From: Podarcis gaigeae
Lineage: Eukaryota
Strand: one strand, 5' to 3'
NCBI GenBank assembly: GCA_964106915.2
Contig: OZ066925.1
Length of the DNA stretch: 64,000 bases
The notes under the pieces were generated by a model. The model saw only the letters and a list, made by a program, of their open reading frames with translations. It made no database searches and was not told the origin of the DNA. A program made the translations under genes and the position numbers. The stretch's first letter is position 1, and every line of letters begins with the position of its first letter. Shown piece after piece: positions 14,036-25,652 of this stretch.

Positions 14036-14632
14036 GTAAGAATGTTTAAAAGTGTGATTGCTGGGATGTGATGGCCAGCCTAGTGCTTCAAATGAATTCT
14101 AAATTGCTTGGTAAAAGTAGGTAATTGCATCCAGAAACCTTTTTGTGGTTTCTGCCATGTATATTATTTTAGATTATTGTGATAGGATCTCTGATAGGAT
14201 TTTGGTATTATGGATGCAATTTAGCAGTTTGAAAATTATCTCATTAGTGAAATACATTTAGAAACTCAGCAAGAAGGAAGGTATCAAATCAGCCTCTCTG
14301 TATCGCAGTTTCACAGTTGAGCACTTCTGTGCACTAAGCATTTATATGCTCTCCTGTAACAAAGATTCTCTGGGCAGAAAGATTAAAAACAATCACATTA
14401 CAATAAAACTATAGTAATATTAAAATAAACAACTACAAACACAATTCTCTTTTGCCTTACCAAAGATAGAGAGACAGAAAGAAAGACCTTGCTATAAAAT
14501 TGCATTTGGGTAGAAGAGAAGTAGAAATCTGTTGTGCTTTGCGGAGTAGGAATGACCATGACTTGAAACAGTGTTAGATATGCACAATTGTATTGAACTT
14601 TAAAATGGTTATTAAACAAATATGCTCCACAG

Positions 14633-14718
14633 GTCTCATTCATGTTGGCGATGAACTTAAGGAAGTTAATGGAATTCCTGTAGCTGATAAAAAACCAGAA
14701 GAAATTATACAAATTCTG
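14633..14718 (+). CDS. MPP7: MPP7 exon (PDZ) [28 protein letters not shown]
   Basis: ccacag acceptor, gtaggt donor, 86 nt, phase 1-0. Confidence 0.96.
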
Positions 14719-15216
14719 GTAGGTTACAAATGGAATAATTTAAGGTAGTTGATGATGAGCTTATGGGTTGTGTTACAACCCCTGGTACATGATGGAGGCA
14801 GGAGCAAAGAACTCTGGGAGGCAGGCACAGTCCTCAGTTTTTCCTCCTGCCTGACTTGGCCTTTCTTCTTGCATTGGTTATTTTTATATCCTTTATTTCT
14901 TGGTTCATTAACTCTTTGATAGATCAAGAGAGGCTATTCACTTCTTTATTTTATGGTTTTGTTTTTTAAAATCCATAACAATTTATACACCACTTGATTG
15001 TAAACACTCTTAACAAACTTTTGCATAAATTATCAGAACATGTCTGTTTTTTAGGACAGAAGAGAATATCGTAGCACAGCCTATTATAAAGAGGTACTAA
15101 GATGTTAATCACATCAAGTTAACTAGCACTACAAGTTACATTAGCTCTACCTTCCTTATTGTTTTTCTTTAACTTGTACTGAATGCTTTAATAATTTGTT
15201 TTTCACATCTTTTTAG

Positions 15217-15291
15217 TCCCAGTCGCAAGGAGCCATTACATTTAAAATTATACCCAGTATCAAAGAAGAAACTGCATCTAAAGAAGGAAAG
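15217..15291 (+). CDS. MPP7: MPP7 exon [25 protein letters not shown] (PDZ end)
   Basis: tttttag acceptor, gtaaga donor, 75 nt. Confidence 0.95.
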
Positions 15292-15480
15292 GTAAGAGGT
15301 CCTTTACTCAGAAAAAGGGACTTACTCAGATTGCTGGCCGAAATATATTTTGTACCCATATGTAAATGTGTTTTACAATTGTATTTTTACACATGTTGTT
15401 TGTATGCCAATAAGCAATAAAAACGGAGACTGGGGGTTGTAATAAGACATTTAATTACAAATAAGGCCGCCTTCTTCCAG

Positions 15481-15677
15481 ATCTTCATGAAAGCTCTGTT
15501 TGACTATGATCCCAGTGAGGATAAAGCAATTCCCTGTAAAGAAGCTGGACTTCCTTTCAGAAAAGGTGATATTCTTCAGATCATGAGCCAGGATGATGCA
15601 ACTTGGTGGCAAGCCAAGCTTGAAGGTAATGCCAATCCCAGGGCAGGCTTAATTCCTTCAAAGCATTTCCAAGAAAG
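15481..15677 (+). CDS. MPP7: MPP7 exon (SH3) [24 protein letters not shown]...[10 protein letters not shown](R)
   Basis: ttccag acceptor, gtgagc donor, 197 nt, phase 0-2; SH3 motifs ALFDY, WW and GLIP. Confidence 0.97.
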
Positions 15678-16182
15678 GTGAGCAGTTTCTGATTTCTCTG
15701 ATACTTAAAATGTGATCAGTATATCTTTGATATAATTGTTATGCCTGCACTTATGGATTATAAGGTCAATAAACTTTCAAGTTTTGTCCTATGGTAAAAT
15801 GTCTGAACTTTGTAAGTTGTTGCCCAAGTAGTTTGGTTTTCTTTAGTTGTCTATTCACATTAATAATGACAAAACCGTATAGAATATTTGTGATCCACCT
15901 TGGAAAGGAAAAACATATGGAAAATAGTACTTTGGTATCTGTATCTTTATTGATGTACTATGCATTAATAACAACTGCAGCTGTGTTTGGAGAACATAAA
16001 AAACCCTTCTAGGATTTAATTTCATAGACTTGTGAGTAGACTGTATTGTTTAGGAATATGTCTTCTAAAAATCAGGATACTTTGGAAAAGACTGATATGG
16101 AGTGTTAATCTCAAAATAGCTATGAAAATTATAAAGAGTTTTGCTTCTCTTCCCTTCCCCCTTCCCCCAAATCATTTTATAG

Positions 16183-16247
16183 GAGGCTTGCACTAAGAAG
16201 ATCAGATGTACAGGTTCAGCCCTTGAAAGTTTCCAATAGAAAATCAT
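16183..16247 (+). CDS. MPP7: MPP7 exon (HOOK, N-part) RLALRRSDVQVQPLKVSNRKS
   Basis: tttatag acceptor after a pyrimidine tract, gtaagt donor, 65 nt, phase 2-1; ends in a single T. Confidence 0.95.
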
Positions 16248-18316
16248 GTAAGTCTGTTTTAAAATCATACTCCTTTGTTCACACAAATATGGCTTGTATC
16301 AGCTCTTTTTAAGATATGGCGCTGGTATCTTCAGATATATCAGCAGGCCAAAACCTGTGATGCTGTAGGAAAGGGATTTTCGTTAAAGAAAATGGCTTAC
16401 CCCCGCTTCCAACATCAATACTTATGCAAAACCTATTCCCTACAGTGAATAAAATAATAAATATGCCAATCTCTAATTATTGGAAGGGCATTCTTAATGA
16501 CTCACTGAGTATTTAAATACTACACAAAGGGGACACATGTGAAGTCAGTGCTTTTTTTCAGGCTCAACCATCTACTTTTGAAGCATAGTCCAACAATATC
16601 TGAAGGTTGTGTGAAGCTGCTTTGGAGTATGTTTTTAGAACATATCAATAAATATCAGGCTGATATATGATCTATTACCACTCATATGCTTATCAAATTT
16701 TCTGTCAGCTTTTCTTATTAGAACAGAATTGGACTTATAAGAAGTGGCATATATAAGGCATATGTTTTAAAATGTAGCAAGAATATTCTAGCAAGTACTT
16801 TTTCTGTGTGCCTAATTAGAATTATATCAAAAGCAAATGATGTGAAAGCACAGTATCTCTCATCATGGACTAAAAATAGCATGTTTGAAGGTTTCAGAGT
16901 TCTAGTTTTTTAAAAAACACAGTAGTTCATTCTTCTATAGAACAAAGACAGTAACATTGCTCTAAACCAAATCATTTTATTGGTGTACTTGAAGTTGGAC
17001 AGCAAGATGATGAGCCACTTTCTGTGAGGTTTTGGAAAATTAATATAAAATGGTTGCATGGAATTATGTGTGTGTGTTGCAGGTCAGGAGCATGGAGAAG
17101 CAGTCATTTATATTTGTGAACTAGCTCTATTTCTGACATAGGATAGCACTGGACTACATTTGCATGAAATTGGTGACATTTGTTATATGGTGTAACTTAT
17201 GCACGTGTCCTTAAACTTGTCATTCATTTGATGTAATATGTCTTCAAAAGAGAGCATGAACCATCAGTAATTAAAATCAGTTAGACTAATACTGGCCAAA
17301 ACAACTTCTGTCCAACAGAACCATGATTTTTACCATGGTAGTTTGCTTTTATATTTAAGCTGTATCACATGTGTTCTCATTCATATGAGTAATAATAACT
17401 TAATATTGTTAATCCATAATTAGCATTGTGTAATGGATAGGGTGGTTAATCTCTGAAAGACCTAGTTACGTGTATAATCAAAATAGTAATTTTGATATTA
17501 AATATAAACTGAATGATATACTTTTTAAAATTTTCACTAAGTGTGAGAGAAGAAATATTTAATAACTGTCAAATATATTTATATAGTTCAATATCAATAT
17601 CATGTGACTTAGTATGGTGTGCATTCAAGCAAGATGCAACCTATTTTATAATTTTGAGAATTAATTGTGCACAATTCAAATTTTTATGTGGCGCCCAAAC
17701 ACTGAAAGTAAAACTCATTTTGTCGAATTCTACACTGTGTTCACTCTGTGTAATAAAAGCAACTCCTTATACCACTATCTGTTTTGTCAGCAAGCCAAAC
17801 ACATCTTCATTCTTCTTTCAAACCTAGTATTCTTCTGACATTTAGTGAGGAGTCTTCCTCTAATAATCCCTACTATTGCAAGGATAGCAAACTTTGACCT
17901 CGCTTTTTATGCCTATTTGCAGTCCTAAATTATATAAAGTCAGTGTCATCTTGTCTTGGGTCACTTGCTGCTATGGTGACGGCATTAACACAGGCTTCAT
18001 ATTTGCAGTTTGCTGTCTCATCAAACAGAAGAGTGCATTTGATGAATTTCAGTATTTTTGCCTAAAAGTTATCCGCTTAAAAAAATACATTAGCATTTTT
18101 TTGTTTTTATGCATTCTCACGCAAATCTTTTTACGTACAAATTTTGTTAAATGTTTTCGATATAGCTTGGAAATTCAATTTTATACCTTAAGATTTTTAT
18201 ATATCCACAAAAATCTTAGTGATCCTGCTTATGATAGTTTGTCAGTTGATGCTCATTTATAAAAGGAGCTGCTGTGCGTTGTGATGCAGGCAAGTGACTA
18301 AACTGAATGACTCCTA

Positions 18317-18672
18317 AAGGTAAAGGTAAAGGTACCCCTGCCCGTGCGGGCCAGTCTTGACAGACTCTGGGGTTGTGCGCCCATCTCACTTAAGAGGCCA
18401 GGGGCCAGCGCTGTCCGGAGACACTTCCGGGTCACGTGGCCAGCGTGACAAAGCTGCATCTGGCGAGCCAGAGCCACACACGGAAACGCCGTTTACCTTC
18501 CCGCTGGTAAGCGGTCCCTATTTATCTACTTGCACCCGGAGGTGCTTTCGAACTGCTAGGTTGGCAGGCGCTGGGACCGAGCAGCGGGAGCGCACCCCGC
18601 CGCAGGGATTCGAACCGCCGACCTTTCGATCGGCAAGTCCTAGGCGCTGAGGCTTTAACCCACAGCGCCACC
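18317..18672 (-). mobile_element. Sauria SINE
   Basis: (ACCTTT)n tail at the left end, GGTGGCGCTGTGGGTTAAA head at the right end, TSD TGACTCCTA (18308-18316, 18673-18681). Confidence 0.92.
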
Positions 18673-18846
18673 TGACTCCTACTTTCCCCCAAATATACTG
18701 GATAGAGTCATGCATCTGTTGTGCATACCAAATGGCAAACATTTAGAACCTTGTCGCAAAGCAGTTGCATGTTCAACTAATAATGAAACAGATCCTTGAT
18801 ATAAATAATCAGTTGTGTTCCAATTTACTTTCAAGTAATTTGTGTT

Positions 18847-19188
18847 GGCGCTGTGGGTTAAACCACACAGCCTAGGACTTGCCGATCAGAAGGTCGGCGG
18901 TTTGAATCCCCGCGACGGGGATGAGCTCCCGTTGTTCAGTCCCGGCTCCTGCCCACCTAGCAGTTCGAAAGCACATCATGTGCAAGCAGATAAATAGGTA
19001 CAGCTCCGGCGGGAAGGTAAACAGCGTTTCCGTGCGCTGCTCTGTTTCGCCAGAAGCGGCTTAGTCATGCTGGCCACATGACCCGGAAGCTGTACGCCAG
19101 CTCCCTCGGCCAATACAGCAAGATGAGCGCCGCAACCCCAGAGTCGGCCACGACTGGACCTAATGGTCAGGGGTCCCTTTACCTTTAC
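18847..19188 (+). mobile_element. Sauria SINE
   Basis: GGCGCTGTGGGTTAAACC head, GGTCCCTTTACCTTTAC tail, TSD TAATTTGTGTT (18836-18846, 19189-19199). Confidence 0.92.
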
Positions 19189-20684
19189 TAATTTGTGTTA
19201 CTTCATCAGCTCAGTTCTTTTGTCAGTTTCCTTTCTGTGCATCCTACAACTAGATTTCTTTTGCATGCTTAATTTTTTCTTTATCCATTCTAACCAAACT
19301 TGCCTTTCCATCTTAGAAAAATATATAAGAAAGTGGAACCATAATTATTATTATTTGTAGTGTGGCATGCTCCTGTTCAGTACACACATGTACACAGCCT
19401 TTTTTCCTCCACCCCCAGTCAGCCAAGATTTTGTTTCAGTCACATTTTAGTAATTTTGTATTGTACATTGTTTTAAAATCTACATTTTATTTTATTTTAT
19501 TTTATTTTTATTTTAATCTTGTCAAGTTGCTTTGAGATTTTCAATAGAAAGTGACTGAATAATCATTAACATAATATTGCTCATTGAGCATGCTCAGTCT
19601 TCAGTGTGCTGTTTTGGAGTTTCTTGGCTATTTCCTCCCATAATGCCCCCCCCTGAAATCTCCATTTTGTGCTGTTTTAGCTGTATAAGGGCTTGATAGC
19701 TAAGAACTGAGATGGCTAACAGTATTTATAATTCATGCCAAATATAAGTAGGCAACGTTATGGAACTGAAATGTTGAATACTTTGGTTCACATCAAAGTA
19801 GCAGGTACCCGCATCGGTGACTAATAATAATGCAACTTCATGCATTGCGCTCCATGCAGGAAGCTTTCCTGTTGATGTAGCCTCCAAAGGGGTCCAAGAA
19901 TGCCAGTGGAAATCTGGTCTCTCCTTGTGAATGCAAGGGGCTTTCATGGTAATGATCTGGCCAAGGTTTGGGTTAACAGATCTCACACACTGCTCAGTTC
20001 ATAAATGCAACACCCTTAATAGTTCAGGTGGGAAAATTTATCCTCATTGAAAAAATAAATGCTGAAGAAGGCTTTTCTTCCCCAGTAAGCATTTGTCCTC
20101 TTCTTCATTTCTTTCTCAGCTAAGCAACTAAGCTCTTCCTGGGTTCAAAGAAGGTGGGCTATGACAAATTTAGCAGTTGCCTATAATTTAATTCTTTCTT
20201 AACAGCGCAATCCAAAGTGTTTGGATTTGGCAGATCTTGGGCTTTCTCGGCTGAGAGGATAATGGTATTGCTCTGTAAGAGCAACTCTCTCATAATACAT
20301 TGTATCATTTGTATAGAGCACATAAATGAACTAATCCTTTGCCTCTTAAGAACGCATTCAAGTAGGTGTCTTGTCCCTTGTGATTGTGACTTCCTTGTAT
20401 TGTAAAGGGACAAGAATCTGAATAACTACATGCATGTGCCCTTTAAAACTGATATGCATGTGTGTTGTGCCCTGATATCTGTACCATAGTATGACATTTC
20501 ATCAGAAGCTACCTGTGTAAAGTAATGATGCTTGATCAAGGAGCAATAAAAGTGGTACTAGCAGAAGTTGTGTCTTTGGTGGGAGGGGAGACTTTGATGG
20601 GCAAGCAGGCAGAGAAATAAGCCCAAAGAAAGTTTGTTCTAGTGACTTGTAAGTTGTCTTTGGGATGTGTCTAATAAACTAGGG

Positions 20685-20822
20685 CAGGGGTGGGGAGCCT
20701 GTCGCCCCCATATGTCACTGAACTACAGCTCCCATCCTTCATGACCACTAGCCATACTGGCTAGGGCTGATGGGAATCAGAGTCCAGCAACATCTGGAGA
20801 ACCTAAGGTTCCCTACTTCCGG
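20685..20822. mobile_element. Palindromic hAT-like MITE
   Basis: CAGGGGTGGGGAGCCTG...CATCTGGAG...GGTTCCCTAC; same family as 6650. Confidence 0.75.
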
Positions 20823-20829
20823 GCTCAGG

Positions 20830-21025
20830 CAGAGCTTTCCAAACTGTGTGCCACGACGCATTAGTGTGTCAGCTGCAATGTGTAGGTGTGTCACACAAAC
20901 GCTCCCTGTTCTCTTATAAGGGGTTAGTTTAAACTCTGGTTTGCTAGTAAAGCTGAATTACTGTGTCACAAAATGATGCATGTCTAAAAAGTGTGTCACC
21001 AATATGAAAATTTTCGAAAGCTCTG
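20830..21025. mobile_element. hAT-like MITE
   Basis: TIRs CAGAGCTTTCCAAA / TTCGAAAGCTCTG; degenerate 8-bp flanks ggctcagg / ggctagag. Confidence 0.75.
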
Positions 21026-21587
21026 GGCTAGAGGAAGTCTCTGGATGAAAGCAACAACCTGTAGACAACTTAACTTCAACTTAAGAGTGTAACCATTTCA
21101 AAATTACAATTGAAAACCCAGTGACTCTTATTTATGATGCTAAGCAGAACATGACTAGTTAATGTGTTGTTTTTTCACCCCAGGACTGGTACAAACCTTT
21201 CTGTCTCTTAAACAGTGTTAGGGGAGCATAGCCTTTGCATACACACCAAAAAACCTTATACATTTTGAAAGTGAGGTTCTGTCATTTCCTACTCCCATAA
21301 AAGAAATTGGGGTACAGGCTTTTGCAGCAAAATGTTGAACGTGCCGTGCATCATACTTCTGCAAAATATGCTCTTAACCTGTTCTTTATATTACTCAGCT
21401 CTGTTTTTCCCATTTTATTATGTGCTGAATATAATGTAAATCATGTCTGCTTGTCTTTTGGCTGTTCTAAGCTGAGGAAACAGTTGAGTGTGGTAGGTGT
21501 TTTACCCCCCCCCTTTTATTCTTCCATTATGTCTTCAGTCCATGTAATCACTTTGCATCCTATTTTTCCCCCTTTTGCGCTTCTCAG

Positions 21588-21599
21588 AGGAAATTGAAG
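21588..21599 (+). CDS. MPP7: Candidate 12-nt alternative microexon of MPP7, (x)EIE(E)
   Basis: Long pyrimidine tract with TGC motifs (ctttgcatcctatttttcccccttttgcgcttctcag), then AGGAAATTGAAG, then gtacat. Symmetric phase 1-1. GCATG/TGCATG downstream at 21835-21847. Confidence 0.5.
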
Positions 21600-22805
21600 G
21601 TACATGTACAAGTTTCCCTACTGGGCTGCAAGTGATGGCTTAAAAACTAAGCATTCTAGGTCATCACTGACTTCGAGGCAATTAGAAAATAATCCCTATA
21701 GATAGCAGTATATGTAGTCATAACAGCCAGTTGCTTTGTTGTTGCTGGAATTGTTGTTCCAGTCTTGAGAATCGTGGTAGCAGAAGACTGTGAACCTGTT
21801 GCTTTCTGCACGTAGTTCCTACAGCACAGTACTGGCATGTGTGCATGAAGATTCCTGTGGGGTAAGGCACAGGGATCCACATGTGTTATCCCATTGTCAG
21901 ATGTGGTTTCTTCCTTTGTATTTTTCCTTCTCCTCACATAGCAGGAATTTTGGGGGCCCAACAAACAGATCTGCCTGTTTCTGCACATGGGCCAAGTATG
22001 CAGAACAGGAGTGAATGTGTGCTAAAACCTCTGAATGTTAGCAAAGTAACATAACATAAGCAGATATGTTAACACAAGACATTTCCATGGAGCTAAAGAT
22101 GATGTCAGTCCTATTGTATGGCTCTAATAGATTATCTTTCTTAAATTCAAACTTTGACACTGAATAAAGTGGATCTTTTCCAGTCATTAGGGGTGCAATT
22201 TTGGAACACAGCTTGACAGATGCTTTACTGCTGTGGTGTCAATCTTTGGGGGACTTTTCACTTGCAGCATACATTTAAACAGTTGCAGCTCTATCTATAT
22301 CTATCTATCTGTATATACCCCAAAGCTGTAAAGTATTTTGTTAGACATTTGGTATATTAAAATAGGCACCAATACTATTTTATACCTAAGAAGTTATATT
22401 CATTAAAAATACCCTTTCTGTCTGATCCATTGAGCCAAATACAAAAACTCCTGATATTCTTTGTAGATTTCTTTACCTTTGTGTTTCAGCTGTTGTATTT
22501 TTTATCCTACATTAAAATATAAAGTAGAACACCTTTTAAAATCACTTCTTTATTTTCTGTCATGAATAAGGCAATAAAACAGTGAAAAGTTAAATATGCA
22601 TGTTGCTGTACTCCAAAATCTCTTGCTCAACTTCAGAACAACACAGTGATTTATTTTTAAGCAGTAGCATATTGAAGGCTTTTTATGCTGTGCTTTCTGC
22701 AGTTGTCATTTTTAAGTAACTCTTCTTTTGCATTCATGGCTGGGCATCTAACTATTCTGCTTTATTTCTTGGCTTTTGTTCTGTACGCTTTTACACTTCA
22801 TCCAG

Positions 22806-22847
22806 AGGAAGCTGAATGTGCTGGTCACAACAGTGGAGCCCACATAG
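22806..22847 (+). CDS. MPP7: Candidate 42-nt alternative HOOK exon of MPP7, (E)EAECAGHNSGAHI(A)
   Basis: Pyrimidine tract ending ttcatccag, strong donor TAG|gtgagc, symmetric phase 1-1. The peptide aligns without gaps to the MPP3 segment preceding GLRRSF (recalled as ETCDCEGYLKGHYVA). Confidence 0.72.
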   Translation, partial: RKLNVLVTTVEPT

Positions 22848-23162
22848 GTGAGCAGTTGCTTACAAAAGACTCTCTTTCTTTCTCAGCTTTTTCCTGGATG
22901 GCTACAGAGTTTGCAGGTAATGGGCATCACTGCATGCAATGAATCTGCTAGATTAAAAAATGGCTCACTGGATTTGACACAAAGGATCTGCATCCTAACC
23001 GCAACATATGTTACTAACATTGAAATATAGCATGCATTGAAATGCTACCTTGAATATGAGGAAATAATTTACTTGGGTAGAATTTGCAAAGAAATTTAAA
23101 TACTTGTCCTAGACAAAATGCTAGGCTGGCTATATTCCATCTGACTACATTATTTTTCTATC

Positions 23163-23400
23163 ACAGTGTTCTTCAATCTTGGGTCCCAGATGTTATTGAA
23201 CTACAACTCCCATCAACCCTTATCATTGAATAAGCTGGTAGGAATGGTGAAAGTTGTAATCTCGTGACTTAGCGTAGGGATAGCCATTGTGCTACCTGAC
23301 ACATGTTGTGGGCTACAATTTTCATCATCCCTGACCATTGGCCACTCTGACTTGAGTTGGTGGCTCCATAACATCTAGAGGGTACCATGTTGGCTACTGC
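23163..23400. mobile_element. Two adjacent degraded palindromic MITE copies
   Basis: cagatgtt...actacaactcccatc core present twice. Confidence 0.6.
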
Positions 23401-24034
23401 TGACTTACTGGGAATTAAGTTAGTACTGTTGGATGGCTGGGATTACTTTCTTGTCAATGAGCCAAGTAATGATATCATGGACTGGCTCATCTTTGCTCAC
23501 CTATTCTTGAAGTGGTTTACTGGTAATTCCTTAGAAGATGCTACACAAGAACCATTGTAAGTTGAACATACCATATTAGGTTTTCTTTATTCTTCAAGGA
23601 AGGGATGTGGGAAGAGGACACAAATTATTGGTAAGAATTGGCCTATATTGGGGTATAAAATGTGGTAGAATAGGGAAGGAGGTTGAGATCCTGGTGATGC
23701 AGGAACTACTCAGGGTAAATCAGCAGCACAAGAGTAGGTGGAAACTAATTGAGGGCATGCTACATAATTTATTAATATATCCATGTCACATGTTTTATTA
23801 AAGGGGAAGGTGACACTGCAGATAGGTAGACTGGTAGAGAAGTTTGTGTTTAACCATGCTTCCAGATAGATTTTAGAAGCTGTGCTCTAAATCTGTATGC
23901 CTGACATTTGCATGCCACAGGAGGCCTACCAATCCAAACAGAATAGCTTTCACTGTTAAAGTCCTTCATGATTTGGGACCTCAGTAGCTGAATAATATTT
24001 TCTTCCCACTTACATTTATCTGTGCCTTGAAATA

Positions 24035-24260
24035 CAGTGGTACCTCTGGTTACATACTTAATTCATTCCGGAGGTCCGTTCTTAACCTGAAACTGTTCAT
24101 AACCTGAAGCACCACTTTAGCTAATGGGGCCTCCTGCTGCTTCGCCGCCGCCGTTGTGCAATTTCTGTTCTCATCCTGAAGCAAAGTTCTTAATCCGAGG
24201 TACTACTTCTGGGTTAGCGGAGTCTGTAACCTGAAGCATATGTAACCCAAGGTACCACTG
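24035..24260. mobile_element. Tc1/mariner-type MITE
   Basis: TIRs CAGTGGTACCT / AGGTACCACTG; TA on the left, TG (mutated TA) on the right. Confidence 0.88.
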
Positions 24261-24324
24261 TGATCACCTGAAATTCTTCTCCTAGTACCCTTTGCATACT
24301 GAGGTGCAGAGAGAATAGTCACAA

Positions 24325-24680
24325 GGGAAAAGGCCTTCTAGTTGTGGAATGCCAGAGAGGCCCACCTGACATGCATTTTAATGCCTTTCTGGTGCCAGGC
24401 AAAGAACTTTTTTTATTTTCCCAGACATTTTAAAATTGATTCTATTTATTAAATGAAATAATTAATTCTTTAATCTTTGCATGCTGCTGTGATTTTAGCA
24501 TGGTCATTTTAGTTCTGTGAAATTCATTTTGGGACCTCTGTCTTACTGATTATTGCTGTGATTTCTAATCTTGAGGTCTCTGTTTTATGGTTGTTTTATT
24601 TACTTTAATGATTTCTTGTTTTGTTTAAATAGTTTGTGATCACTGACATCACTCAGGGAACTGCTGTTGGGAGACTAATG
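24325..24680 (+). mobile_element. Degraded LINE 3' end (L2-like)
   Basis: ggccttc...tggaatgcc...ggcaaagaac...ttttcccag followed by a T-rich tail. Confidence 0.45.
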
Positions 24681-25652
24681 AATAATAGCAGTTCCACTGA
24701 TGACATTCAAATTAGCAACTTTAGTTGATCTCTTCTGTTGAAATATATATTTTCTTTAACTTAGTAGAATTGAGTAGGATGGATTATCAACCTTAACTCA
24801 CACTTTTTGTCATACAGAATAAAAATGCATAACTAGGCAATTATCATAAGATTATTCTGAGTAGTTCATGGGATGTGTGGAGATACACCATAATTCATAG
24901 ATAATGAGAGGGGGAGAAAACTCCATCACTACCTTTCCCTTCCTCCTACATACCTCTACCAGCAGGGCTCTATGAGCCTCCATGTAGGTGATACTTACAT
25001 ACCCTGAGGTATCTGCAGTCAGCCTGTTCAGTTTGGTATCAGTCTTGGCCCAGTATGTTCACTGATCTCCACTGTTCCAACCAGGATCTGAAGCAGGTTA
25101 GCAAGCGTTAGTTTAGAAGGGAACCTTGAGAGTGCCAATGCAGATGCACTCTAAGCTAAGGCTTGGAAGGAAACTTTTGCTGGAAAGTTGGAGGAAGAAG
25201 GGGAGACCATTGGGTCACTCCCAGTTTCTTAACTGGATACAGGGTGGAAGTGTTACCGCTTCATTCGGTTTTCATGAAATGTTATTTCTGGGATTCATAA
25301 TGTGAAACCACAGTGGTATCAGACATACAGAATAAAAACTTTTTAAAAGCCCTAGTCATATGTCAGGAATTGGGTGTACTGTTATAAGGTGGCCTCAGAA
25401 ATGAACTTCCTACAGCCTGGAGTTGTCCAGAAATAATTAACTATGTTTTTACTGTGCTAGTCAATGATATGGTGCTGGTTTAACAGAGAACTTGCTATTT
25501 GTCTATAATGTATGTCAAACTGTATTAAATTTGACACACAAAGCATGTATATCATTGTAGATTGTGAGCAGGGCTTTACCATTTATGTCTAAATGATACC
25601 TACTTTTTGTGAGATGTTTGCTGTTGATACTTATTGGAAACAATGGCTTGTC

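Noticed and set aside
21184-21188. 5-nt microexon candidate (ccccag|GACTG|gtacaa)
   Set aside because: Frameshifting, weak donor, no supporting peptide similarity.
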